Source: Octopus vulgaris
Lineage: Eukaryota
Reading direction: 5' to 3'
Length of the DNA: 64,000 nucleotides
NCBI GenBank assembly: GCA_951406725.2
Contig: OX597825.1
Location: forward strand, 86,614,001 to 86,678,000
Shown one piece after another: positions 1 to 12,116 of the stretch. The notes beneath the pieces were generated by a model. It saw nothing but the letters and a program-made list of their open reading frames with translations, had not been told where the DNA came from and did no database searches. The stretch's first letter is position 1. The number at the start of each line of letters is the position of its first letter. The position numbers and the translations under genes are program-made.

Positions 1-3000
1 CCTCCTTTTTATGTAGTAAATCTACCATTGCATATTGTGAACCTGTGATTTAAATCTCTTTGAATGTTCTAGAAAAGTTTGCATGTCCACTGGAAAGTAC
101 ATCTCTGTGCTTTTCCTGACTTAAAGATTTTGCAGTGTGTGAGGTCATTGAGGATTTCAGGTTTGTTTAGTGTACTACTTGTCTTGAGTATCTGATTCCT
201 TTAGAAGAATTTCCGTTATTAAATGTTCAATGTTATAGATACTAATGCAAAATAATTTACTCAAAACTAAACTTCATATTTTGATTTTGAGAAGAGTTGA
301 ATATCTTCTCCCAAATTTTCTTCCTCCTTGCCAATATTTATTTCCTTCTTCTATGGAAATCTCTAATTGTATTTGATACTATTCAAAGCAGAATTCCTCT
401 GCAGCTAATTATTTCCTTATCTGCTTCCACTCAGTCTTTTATTTATTTATTTTTTTTGCTATATTGATTGCTAGAAATTCTTCTACTTCTTACTTCATGT
501 TGATTGCATTTCTTGGACTAAACATTGATTATTTAGTATTTCCCCTTATCTTTAGCTACTTCCTTAGAGAACTCTCCTTAGTAATTCCTTTTTCTGGAAT
601 AACCATCATCATATTGGAAAATACAATATACTGTTCTTTCTGAAAACTTGCAAAATGATAGAAACATTTGTGAACACTAATAAAATACTGTGTTTCTTGA
701 TACGGTATAACTTTTGTGTGTGTGTGTGTGTGTGTGTGTATACACACATGCATGGACAGAGAGAAAGAGCACAAATATAGGAGATATCTAATATGTTTGT
801 TAAAGAGTTATCTCTTAAAATGTGACATAAATAAGAAATTAAATAAATTTCCTCTTATAAAATTCTCTTGCTGATAAAAAGAAATAAAAATTTGTTATAA
901 TTAGGAGATAAAATGTAGAAAAATAGCAAAAACTGTAGATTCCGCAATGAGTTTGTTGTTTTCTTTTTTTCTTTTTGTGATTGTGCTTTCTTCAAGATAA
1001 AGGTTATATAAGCTAAGAATTTTTAGCGTTTTTTTTTAAACATAAGAGTTTCTAGTTTTCTAGAATGTCATGTGGAAAGATTAGTTCATATTGAAATAGT
1101 GAAGATAAACTAGTTTTGGTTAGTATTGAGATGGATGACTTGTTTAGAAACCCAGGAACTGTCAGGATGTTCTTATATTTGTGGTTAAAGTGCTCAGCTG
1201 ATCATTATATGGTTGTCTTTTAAAACTGTACTAAAGCATTGGATTGGTGATGTAACGTAGCTGAGTGGTTAAGGAGTCTACTTTGCAGTCACAGAGTTTC
1301 AGGTTTGATCCCACTGTATGAGATCTTGGGCAAGTGTCATTTTCCATAGCCTTAGATTGACCCATACCTTGTGAGTGAAATAGGTGTTGATGGAAACTGT
1401 ATGGAATCTTGTTGGGTAGATTTTAACTGTAATGTAAAGGGGTACCTTTGTCACCCCATTGTTTACGCAGTGCTTGAGAATTATATCAAAGGTACTTGGC
1501 AATCCTGTTGGTGATGGTGCTATGTAAAAAGCTCCCAGTCCACTCTGTAAAGTGGTTGGCATTAGGAAGGGCACCCAGCTGTTGAAGCTCTGCCAAATGG
1601 AGCCTGGTGCTGCTCTGAGGCTTGCCAGCTCCTATCAAATCACTGTACCCATGCTAGCATGAAAAACAGGCATTAAATGATGTGCATGTGTTTGTGGAAT
1701 ACTCAGCCACTGGCATGTCAATTCAAAAGAGAAATTAGTTGATGGAGAAACCGAATCATTGAACAACAGACACCAACCGTAATAATATTGGATTGTGTGG
1801 GTCTGCGTATTGAAAACCTTAGGTGTAAACTATGAGATGAAGTGTAGGTGTGTGTGTGTGTGGTGGGGTAGAGTAAATCATTAGGATGGGGGGAAATGGA
1901 CTCAATCACAGGAACTAATTATCATAATTTAGAGTTAGTGTTAATTAATTTTGTCTTGTGTGTCTTTGGTTTTGTTCTTGGTTCTTACCATAAAGTTCTT
2001 CATTTAATTATTTTGTCTTGTAAAAACTTGAAGAAAAACAATTTTTCTCTAACACAAACTTCTTGAGTTACTATGTCATTCAAAAAAATAAAAGTAAAAA
2101 ACTATACAAAACACTTTCTCTATAAAATATTCAGTTAAGACTTTATGTTGGCCCCTATTGTGGTGAGAATTATTGCCTTCTCCAGTGTTTGTTACATTCC
2201 ACATTGAAATTGTTTTCTTTGAGAAATTCCACACTTCTTCTCATTGGCCATGTCTATATGTGCTAATTCTTTGTATATTCGAGCCAAAGTTGTTTTCTTA
2301 GTAATCTATTGTACATTTCTGGTAGAAGAGTCTAGTGGTGAAGGGGAGGGGGGCATTGATATGTGAAATATAGGTTTGTTAGGTGAGCACTGGCCCCTCC
2401 CCCCATTTTTGAATTAAATTTGTTTCTACCTTTGGTTTCTTTTTCCGTGACCTGTCTGTTTACTGTCTCTTGGCTTTCTCATGACTCGCCTCCGACTCCT
2501 CTGTATGTTTAATTAGCAACTCATGAACTTTTTAATGGTAGATTATTCTGTCTGAGAGAGAAAGAAAGACAGAAAACGGAGAGGTTTTATTTTCTCTTCT
2601 CATTTGTCTCCATGGAATTACATAGAAGCAACACACATGTTTTCATTTCCCTTTTAAGGATGACAGCTACCTAAGGGGGTTTGTTAGGGGGGAAGTTGTT
2701 TGTAATGGGTTTGTTTTATCACAGCAGCAATGTGATCTAAACTACATTTTCTCTGCTTATATTGGAGCAACAGGGAAAGCGAGACAGGATCCGGGCATCG
2801 TCAATTTGTCTGCCTTTCATATTATTAACCCTGTTCATGTTACCTGCAGCTAATGTGCAGCAGGTTCTTTTTCCCCCTCTTTCCCTCCCCTTATTTTAAT
2901 GTTTTTTTTCTTTTACATGTTTAGCTAAAATTAGGAACCTTGAACTGTTTAATCAGTTTTACTCTTTTCTGGTTGGCGCTGTAACTAACTGCTTTTAGAT

Positions 3001-5580
3001 AAATGGAATTCCTAATTTCACAGACATGTTAATTGGTTTAGCATGAGATGAGGATATATGCCATTTTAATCACTTATTAGAACTAGTTTTCATCCTATTT
3101 ATTAATATTTCTGCAAAATTGTGTAAGCTGCAAGCTGGCAGAATCATTAAGCACACTGGGCAAAACAGTGGCATTTCGTCCATCTGTACATTCTGTGTTC
3201 AAATTCTGCCGAGGTTGACTTTGCCTTTCATCCTTCTAGGGTTGATAAAATAAGTACCAGTTGAACACTGGGGTCAATATAATTGACATCTTCCCCTGAA
3301 CTTGCTGACCCAATGTCAAAATTTCAAATCAATATTTCTGCAAAATTATGTGATGTTAGCTTTCAAAAAAGGGAAACATTTTAAATTTAGACTTTGGTGA
3401 AAAAATCATAAAAATGACACAACAAAATAATTTCATATTTCTTTTTTGTTGGTTTATCTGTCAAAGGTCATGGTGGGGTGGTGGTGATTAAACTCTTTGG
3501 TAAGTTGAAATATTTTAGGATATCCTGTGGCGAGTATATTGGAATAGTTTCTTGTTGGTTGTTCTTCGCATTGCTGTCTAGTGAATGAGTTGTACTATAT
3601 AATACCACTGACACAATTTGAACCAGCTTTCCTGTGGACTCAGCCAATATTTTCCTCACAAATTGAATTTCTGCTGGGGAATCTATAAGCCTCAACAAGA
3701 ACCATTATTGCTTTTTTTCTTGTTTGCTTACAACTGTCACACAATATCAAGATATAAAACACGCATACCCCCACTCTGCTGCTAAATGCATCGAATACTC
3801 ATATTAGAACATTTAAACACTTATCGTCATCGTCATACATCCATTTTCCATGCTGGCATGGGTTGAGTGGTTTGACTGAGGTCTGGAGAGCCAGCAGCTG
3901 CACCAGGCTCCAATCTGATCTAGCAATGTTTCTACAACTGGATGCCCTTCCTAATGCCAACCACTCTGAGAGTGTACTAGGTGCTTCTTACGTGCCACCG
4001 GCACAGGAGCCAGTAAGGCAGGCCTGGCATCGATCACATATTTAAAAATCTGTAATAGCTCATCATATAATTAGTTTAAGCCAATTAATATAATTTTTCT
4101 TTCGTTAGTTTTCCGTGTATGTAGCATTGTATACTTTCTGTGTTCAACCAAATTTATTTAGATTTTTCTGACAGTATTGAGATGAAGAATTTTACCTTTA
4201 AATTGATATTGAAAGAATTTTTTTTTCACTGGTTTGGACATTAGCAGATTCATATATCTAATCTGTATTGTTATCTGAAGCTGTTAATGATCTTAGCGGA
4301 TGTGTAACAAGTCACGGTCTGATAATATACAATTATTTCAGCCAATTTAACATTAGAAAAACACTTTAACTCTTTACATTTAAACCAGCCATATCTGGTC
4401 AAAATATTTTGCCTGTTTTATGTTCATACTGGTGGTGCCCCAGCTTGGCCACAGCCTCAGGGCTGAAACATATAAACGAATACTAACTAGATCCAGCCTC
4501 TCACACCTACCTTACAATGTCATTCTAAAAATCATGCAGCTATGGGATAATGCATGATTAATTCAAAACAATGTGACTAAATGTCACATTCAACAGTTAA
4601 AGAATCTACTTTTCCATGGAATCTCTTTCTTCCGTAATCCTGACTTAACTGAATGTCCTCTCTTTCTTTTATAAAACTAACTGGATTATAATATATACTG
4701 ATACTACTCTCTGAGGTTACTAACAACTATCTAGTGAATAAACTATTTCCCTCCTACTCTTCACACTTCTTAAGGAGTGTTACAACCAATAACATCACCA
4801 TCACCACCATCGTAACCAAAGAATAACTGAAACTCAAATAAGATTATAAAGTGCTTTTTTTTTTACAAAATTTATATTTTTGTTTTTACATATTATCTTC
4901 TGTACTTGAGATTTTTTTAATGCTCTAAGTTAAAACACGATGAAATTTAAATCTAATTAATGAAATACAACCCAGTTTATTAGAATTCATATGGCTGTTT
5001 CTATCTCTCTTTCTAACCAGTTGTGAAGAGAATCTTTGCTTTTATGTAGAACTGAAGAAGTATTTTCAAAGTTAGATATAAATAGTTTGAGTAGAAGAGA
5101 CAAGAGAGCAATGTTTAAATGGCTGAGGAGTTGGAGTCAACAGTGGATTCAATATATTTTACATTTTTACAGTAAAGATGATGTTGCGTGAAAATGTGTT
5201 GCGCTCCAAGATGATAAAGTAATCTTTCAGTCTGCCCCAACTGCTGCTGCTGCTATATATATATATATATATATAATATATATATAGATGTACAGTGCTG
5301 CCCTGTATTTGAAATGAATTAGAATCCTTTTCCTACGCAGCCATCCCATATACGTGTTTACAGAATAATTCAATTGCATTAATGTTTTCTTTCAATCCAA
5401 TCTTCTGCTCCAATTAGATAAATTAAAAACAAACAAACAAACAAACAAACGTTTGTCCTTGTACATTTTTCTTTAAGTCTTCTCTCTTTCTCCAGAAATA
5501 TTTCAGGATTTTCTCCTTTAAATATAAAACTTAACCCAACCGAGTTTGATTATGTAATTCCCATAGAAACAACTTGAAAG

Positions 5581-5582
5581 TT

Positions 5583-5645
<63 letters not shown>
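5581..5645. repeat. Compound (TTTC)n(TGTC)n microsatellite
   Basis: Direct reading. Confidence 0.95.
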
Positions 5646-5651
<6 letters not shown>

Positions 5652-5824
5652 TTCTTTCTCCCCCCCCTCTCTCTCTTTCTCTCCTCCTTCCTTTCTCCCT
5701 TTCTTTCTCCCATCCATCCATGGGTTGGCTCCCATGGATAGGATTGATATTATTGATTTTCTGATTAGTTTTCTCCATGTGCCATGCTTCCAAATTTTTA
5801 ACCATTCTTATCCATCTAATTTAG

Positions 5825-6016
5825 GTAACAGAATTAGCACCAATGCGTTCATTACTCGAATGTCTCAAAGAACCTTCTCTACGTTTGGATTTTCCTGTTT
5901 TGCGACTTTGTGACTTTTCCCAGCAAATCTGTGATGGAATGGCATATTTAGAAAGCAAACGTCTCATTCACAGAGATTTAGCAGCGCGCAACATTTTGGT
6001 GTTTAGCAAGAACAAG
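5825..6016 (+). CDS. Ack-like: Kinase exon (subdomains V-VII): [16 protein letters not shown]...[16 protein letters not shown]
   Basis: ttag|GTAACA ... AACAAG|gtaagc; 192 nt, phase 0/0; catalytic loop HRDLAARN. Confidence 0.95.
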
Positions 6017-7625
6017 GTAAGCTTTCCCCACCTATATTTCCAATCAAGGAATATCCTATTTTCCTATCATTTATTAGTATAGCAATAATACCTTTAGTCC
6101 CTTCACCTGTTGTGATTAACAACATTAATGCCAGCACCTATATTTGACATCTACTTCTAGTGTATAGATGCTGGCATTCCAATGTCCTTAATCATAATTT
6201 TATAATTATATACTTAAAAATCAATTTTACCGATATGGTTGTTTTTTATACGCTAGCCACTGATATAATCATTTTAAAGATTATATCAATTTATAAATAA
6301 ATATATATATATATGTCGATGTGGTTGATTTGTAAGAAGCTTACTTTCCAACCACATCGTTCTAAGTTCAGTCCCACTGCATGGCACCTTGGGCAAGTGC
6401 TTTCTACTGTAGCCTTGGGCTGACCAAACCCTTGTGAGTGGATTTGGTAGAAGCCTGCCATGTGTGTGTTTGTTCCTCAACATTGCTTGACATCTGGTGT
6501 TGGTGTGTTTACATCCCATAAGTACTAGGCTTTAAAAATAAATTGATTCATTTGACTAAAACTTCTCCACAGTGGTGCTTCAGCATGGTCGCAGTCTAAT
6601 CGTTGAAACAAGTAAATGATAAAAGATGTCTAATATTAGACTGTATACTATTTGCCAGCCTACATAAACGTGTGTCCTGCTGCAGTTTTATTGAGAAACT
6701 GGGATTATTTATTGTTGGCTGGGTCACAGGCTGTGTCACTGCCCCTTACAATCAACTACTCCCAAATCCTAGCAACTTGTACATGTCATTTGCTTTGGTT
6801 TCTATGGCTCATTGCCCTTCATTATGCCAACCACTTTACAGAAAGATCTGGGGCCATTTTCTCATGGCACCAACACTAGCAAGGTTGATTTGTCCTTGAT
6901 AAGATGGAACTAGAGGGACCATGCTTGTGCGTGTGTGTGTGTGTGTGCATACGCAAGGGTGTCCATGCAGGCATGGATGATGAGTGTGTGGTTAAGGGGT
7001 CTGCTTCCCAATCGTGTGGTCGTAGAGGTTCAGTGTCATTTTGCAGCACTTTGGCCAAGTGGCTTCTGCTTTTTACCTTGAGCCGACTGTTGCCCTCTGA
7101 GTGAAATTGGTAGACAAGAACTGCATGGAACACTTTGCATGTGTCTGTGTTGTATTCCTTACGATGTTGGATTGTTATAACTCTCACTCTGGTAAACAGT
7201 ATACTTAGTAAACCCAGTAAAGACAGGACTCTCTCTGACCACCTACTATGTACTCTGGTACTCCACGTACTTCTCTTTACTTATAGTGACTAGGTTATTC
7301 CATTCGTCATGTGGGAAGGGCACACCATTATTACTAATTTCCTATAACAGTGTGAAAGTTTTCATTTCCACTTCTTGCATGAGACTGTTTGAACAAAAAG
7401 CAGTGTCTCATTCTTACGTTGACAATGAACTTGATGTCAGGTAGCTCTGAGCTCTTAAGATTGTGGAGTAAAATCTCCTTTATTTACATTATTTGCATTT
7501 GACGGATATTTGTCCTCATCTTGTTTGTTGTTAACACAATGTTTCGGCTGATATACCCTCCAGCCTTCATCAGGTGTCTTGGAGAAATTTCAAACCTGGG
7601 TTTTCACTCCTAAGCTATTTTTCAA

Positions 7626-7667
<42 letters not shown>

Positions 7668-8164
7668 GATGGTCACTGCCTGGAATCGAACTTGGAATCT
7701 TGGGGTTAGTAGCCCACGCTCTTAACCACAACACCATATGCCTGTGGGCATAATGGTTAAGAGCATGGGCTAGTAACCTCAAGATTCTGAGTTCGATTCC
7801 AGGCAGTGACCTGAATAATAATAATTATAATAACATCGGAAAATACGTTTTACATTATTTACATCTGACGGATATTTAGCCTCATCTTGTTTGCTTTTAA
7901 CACAACGTTTCGGCTGATATACCTTCCAGCCTTCTTCAGGTGTCTTGGAGTTTTCTTCAGGTGTCTTCAGGCTGGAGGGTATATCAGCCGAAACGTTGTG
8001 TTAAAAGCAAACAAGATGAGGCTAAATATCTGTTAAATGTAAATAATGTACATAATTCCTCATCTCTTAAATATAGAACTATAAAATCTCCTTTATTTGT
8101 AAAACAGGAAATAAATACTCATTCAACGTTTGCCAGCATAGAAAAACAAACCTGTACATATCCA

Positions 8165-8195
<31 letters not shown>

Positions 8196-11100
8196 GGAGC
8201 CCTGTAATGATTTACTTTTGAATTGGTAAGAATAAATAAAATAGTGATGTTATCTCAGTGTTGTAAAAGAAAAGAGGAAGGAATATAACGAACAACAAGA
8301 AAAAAAGTTTAGTATCTGAGATTTCATTGTTGTTGACGGTTAAACTTAGTTTGTCAGTACTGACATTCAAAAAAATAAACGTGGGCTGGCCCACAACTCC
8401 AACACAGACAGGCTGTAGTTTGTGACTCTTTTTCCTTTCCCAACTTGTGTTTAGCTTGTTTTTTAAAGTATGAAATTTGATCTCTTTCTTCCTATCATCT
8501 GAAAGATATGCCTGCATGCAGAAAGATTTTATATTTCATGTTCTTGCAGTGGGGATGTTTCAGTAATTCTGCCTAACTCTCTCTGTCTTAAATTTTCTTC
8601 ATGATCTCACTTTGTGTTGTTTTATTTCCTCTCCAGGTAAAGATCAGTGATTTTGGATTGTCTCGAGCTCTTGGAGTAGGCAAAGACTATTACCAGAGTA
8701 ATTTTACCATCAATCTAAAACTTCCAATTGCTTGGTGAGTCAGTCCTTTGATGATATTTTTTTATATGTTTTGATTTGTAATAGATTTAAGCTTGTTACC
8801 ATTGAGACTCAGAAATGTTGTACGTTTGCCAGAGAATTATTGCTTCAGCATTAAATTGTAATTATAAAGAACTTGCTTCAGTATCAGGTTTAAGTTTGTT
8901 TTGATGGTTCTGTGCTGGTGGTTGCAGTGTGCTCCATTCCGTGTGATAAAGTGAAATATAACAAAGTCTTTAATAAGGCCAGTCTTTTAAAAGATTTCTT
9001 CAGACTTTAATAATAATCTCTGATTGTCGTCAGTGTTTCCTCTTAGTGCTTGTCCATGTGCCCACATTTTACAACTATTGCACAAAAGGAAAACCTGTAC
9101 ACACACACACACACACAGTACAAAGATTTTCAAGACAAAATCAAATTTTTAAAATTGGAAATGGTTACAAGCATAGGTGCGCATATACTTTACAAAGAAC
9201 AAACTTTGCCCAGAAGCAAATTTAGCTCTAGGTCAATTGTGATCGACTTGGGACAGTATTTTAGCAGTAATGGCACTCCCAGATGACCACTCTCAGAACC
9301 ATGAAAGATGAGTATGTGCATTGTACAACTCTCAAATTAATCTGTCTCCGAAACTGCAGAAAATGTTAATATATGCCATGGCAGAAGAGAAAAATGATTT
9401 AGATGTTCTTCTTCTCTAATAAATAACTGAGAAATGGTGAGAGCAAACTTACAAATTTGGAAGAAGAGAGCTGAGAATAAAAACTGACAAATTATTATTT
9501 TTTTTGAGGGCAAAATGCTGTGCTTTTGAGGACTTATCAAGCTGAGTGAAATCATAGTCTGGCTGGCACCTTTGCTGGTGGCGCGTAAAAAGTGCTGTTT
9601 GAGCATTGGGCCTCATGGAAGCAGTGACAGGTGACCAAGACCTTTGGCAATATACCTTGTTTGTGCAGACTTGTCAGGTCAATGGCACCTGTGCTGGTGG
9701 CACATAAAAAAACAACCACTACACTCTCAGAGTGTTTGGTCTTAGGAAGGGCATACAGCTGTAAAAAACCTGGTGCAGCTTCCTGGCTTACCACATTTTC
9801 AGTTAAACCATCCAACCCATGCTGGCATGGAAAGCAGACATTAAGTGATGATGATGATGATAGATTTTGATTATTTGAAATGTTTGAGCCTTTAGCATTT
9901 AAACCCACCATACCTGAGCCCCAAGTGTTCTATGTTCAAGCTGATCAGATCTGGCCTTTCACACTTACCCTACAATGTCATTTGAAAATAAATAATCTCA
10001 TCGTTAAAATAATGCAAACAAGCATTATATTTGACAGAATAATCTGAATGCTAAAGGGTTAAATTATTAACAGAAATTCCTTTCTGAGAGGAAGCTTTGA
10101 CAAGGACACCAAGCAATGACAAGTCTTGTGTAGAGACACAGTTGTCAAAATATTTTTAAACAAATACCTCTTTTTCTTTTTTTTATTTTTAATTTGACAC
10201 TATTATTAGTAAGCTGTTGACAGCCTTCTGAAAGTCATTCAATGTCTGTTTCTTTTTTTTTTGTCATGTCAGAGGTAGGCTTGTCCAGTTCAATGTGCAA
10301 TTATTATATTAACTGAAGGAAAAGTATAGTGACAGTATCCAGTATGAAATTTTAATTGCTGGGGAGTTGTTATAAAAGGCAAGAGGCTAGGGAAACAAAA
10401 TTTATGGAATGAAACTAAAGGATAGTTTATATGTATTTAAGGTCTATAATATTTGTCTGCTTTGAGGGATCATATAACATTTCTTTTGAGGAGTCATTTG
10501 GCTAATTATCGCAGATTAAAATGTGAGGTACCATTGATTGATACATGTGTTGAGAAAGGACTGGCATATAGGAAAAGAATGTTGGATGTGTGTTGAGAAT
10601 CACTTAATTTAATCGAATGTAATTGAAAATATATACTCCAGTTTGAATTTTTCTTTAATTGAAAAAAAAAATTTGCTTTGAGAACAATATATTTTTCATG
10701 ACCATTCATCACCAAGATTTTTTTAAACATTTTCTCCATGCTTGGACACAGGCTCACACAATCTCTGTCTTCTCAGAAACCCCTTATTGTCATCAGATGT
10801 AATACTTCCTTGAAGATTTTCCTTCCCAGTTTTGATCTGGTTACTATGCTCTCAGGACCCTAACTTCTGCTGCTCATTTGGCCCTCCTAGGTAACACTTG
10901 CTGTTAACAACTTGTAAGAGGTCTTCTGACTACTTCTAGAGAGCCATCCAGGCATTTGAAAGTATTCATTCCCTGTCTGTTTTTCATGCCAATTTCTAAC
11001 CCACACCAGCATGGACAACAGACATTAAATGATGATGATGATGTATCATCTTCCTTTTCTGTCAATAAGACAATGATCTCACCAAATCTCTTGTGGACTC

Positions 11101-12085
11101 CTGATTTCTATTGGATATGAACTTTACAATTTCTACAACCACCTATTCTACAAATTGAACACAGACTCTTCCAAGACAGCCATACAATTCAGTATTCTTT
11201 CTACTGTAATATGTTTTTGCCAGGTTTACTTTCAGATCTTGTCATTCTAGACTCCCTTGCATCTTTGGAACTTTACCTCTAAATATTTTAACTGATTCTG
11301 TTGTGAGAACTTGGCAGTCGGCAGTCAGCATTGTGGGGACAGCCATGCTTGAACTGAATTGCTTCCGAACATGTCCATCTGGAGTTATTTCTTTCTGAAA
11401 TATCTCCTTTGTCCTGACAATGATACTGAAACACTTGTTATTGGGAACAGTGTGTCTACCATTAGCAGATACTTTCAACATCACCTGCTCCCTTCCTCAA
11501 GGTCCACTTGCTTTCTCTGCCATTATAAATTAATGCTTCTTTCAACTGTCAACAGCTGCTGATCCTTCAGTTGGATCTACTTGCTGATGTCCCCCCCCTC
11601 TTCATGCATTCTCATCATTTATTAACCTCTTCTTGTGGTATTTCCTCTTGACATCTGTGATGGTGATTATACACCACTTAGCATTCCAAAGACATCCCCA
11701 TTCTCAACAACACAATCTCATCACCTGAAACACATTCTCTCATCTTCTCACCATGAACCTCTTTCTCCTTGAATCCTTGCTAGTTAAGTGTCTACCTTAT
11801 TCTTTTAGTTACCTAACATTGTACCTTGCATCGTTCTTCCTTCCATCCTTTCCAGGTCTGTCCTACATTATCATTCCACCTCTTTGTCACTTACTGATTA
11901 GCTGGAACCTTGCCCCCTGCCCACACAAACTTGCCCTATGGCTTGCAGTGGTTTGTCTGTAAATCATCCCAGGACTTAAGAGTTCAGAGATTTAACTCTC
12001 TGCTTCACTAAAGATGTTTCTCTTTGTCAATTAAGTGTTGATTAATGTGTGTACACGCACACACTCTCACACTCATACATATATA

Positions 12086-12116
<31 letters not shown>

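Larger units (their letters stand above)
7486..8081. mobile_element. Fold-back non-autonomous retroelement: tRNA-derived head + (AAT)n + hammerhead-bearing 3' part (Penelope pLTR/retrozyme-like)
   Basis: 17-bp TSD TAAAATCTCCTTTATTT at 7469-7485 and 8082-8098; ~100-bp direct repeats 7485-7584 and 7851-7950; inverted copy 7969-8050 plus a unique 31-nt tail; internal palindrome 7616-7845. Confidence 0.85.

Noticed and set aside
2650-2860. Open frame after an AG in a repeat-free block
   Set aside because: No recognisable protein similarity and no suitable donor; could be regulatory, but the sequence alone cannot support a call.
5165-5225. Possible kinase N-lobe micro-exon (DVA*KC resembling VAVKC)
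   Set aside because: In-frame stop and no further kinase similarity; probably chance.
7746-7811. tRNA gene (Thr-AGT-like anticodon loop)
   Set aside because: No proper acceptor stem, deleted D-arm bases, a different anticodon in the mirror copy, and embedded in a TSD-flanked element; it is a SINE head.
7969-8002. Third, plus-strand hammerhead
   Set aside because: Has stem II and GAAACGUU but lacks the upstream CUGANGA box and stem I 5' strand.
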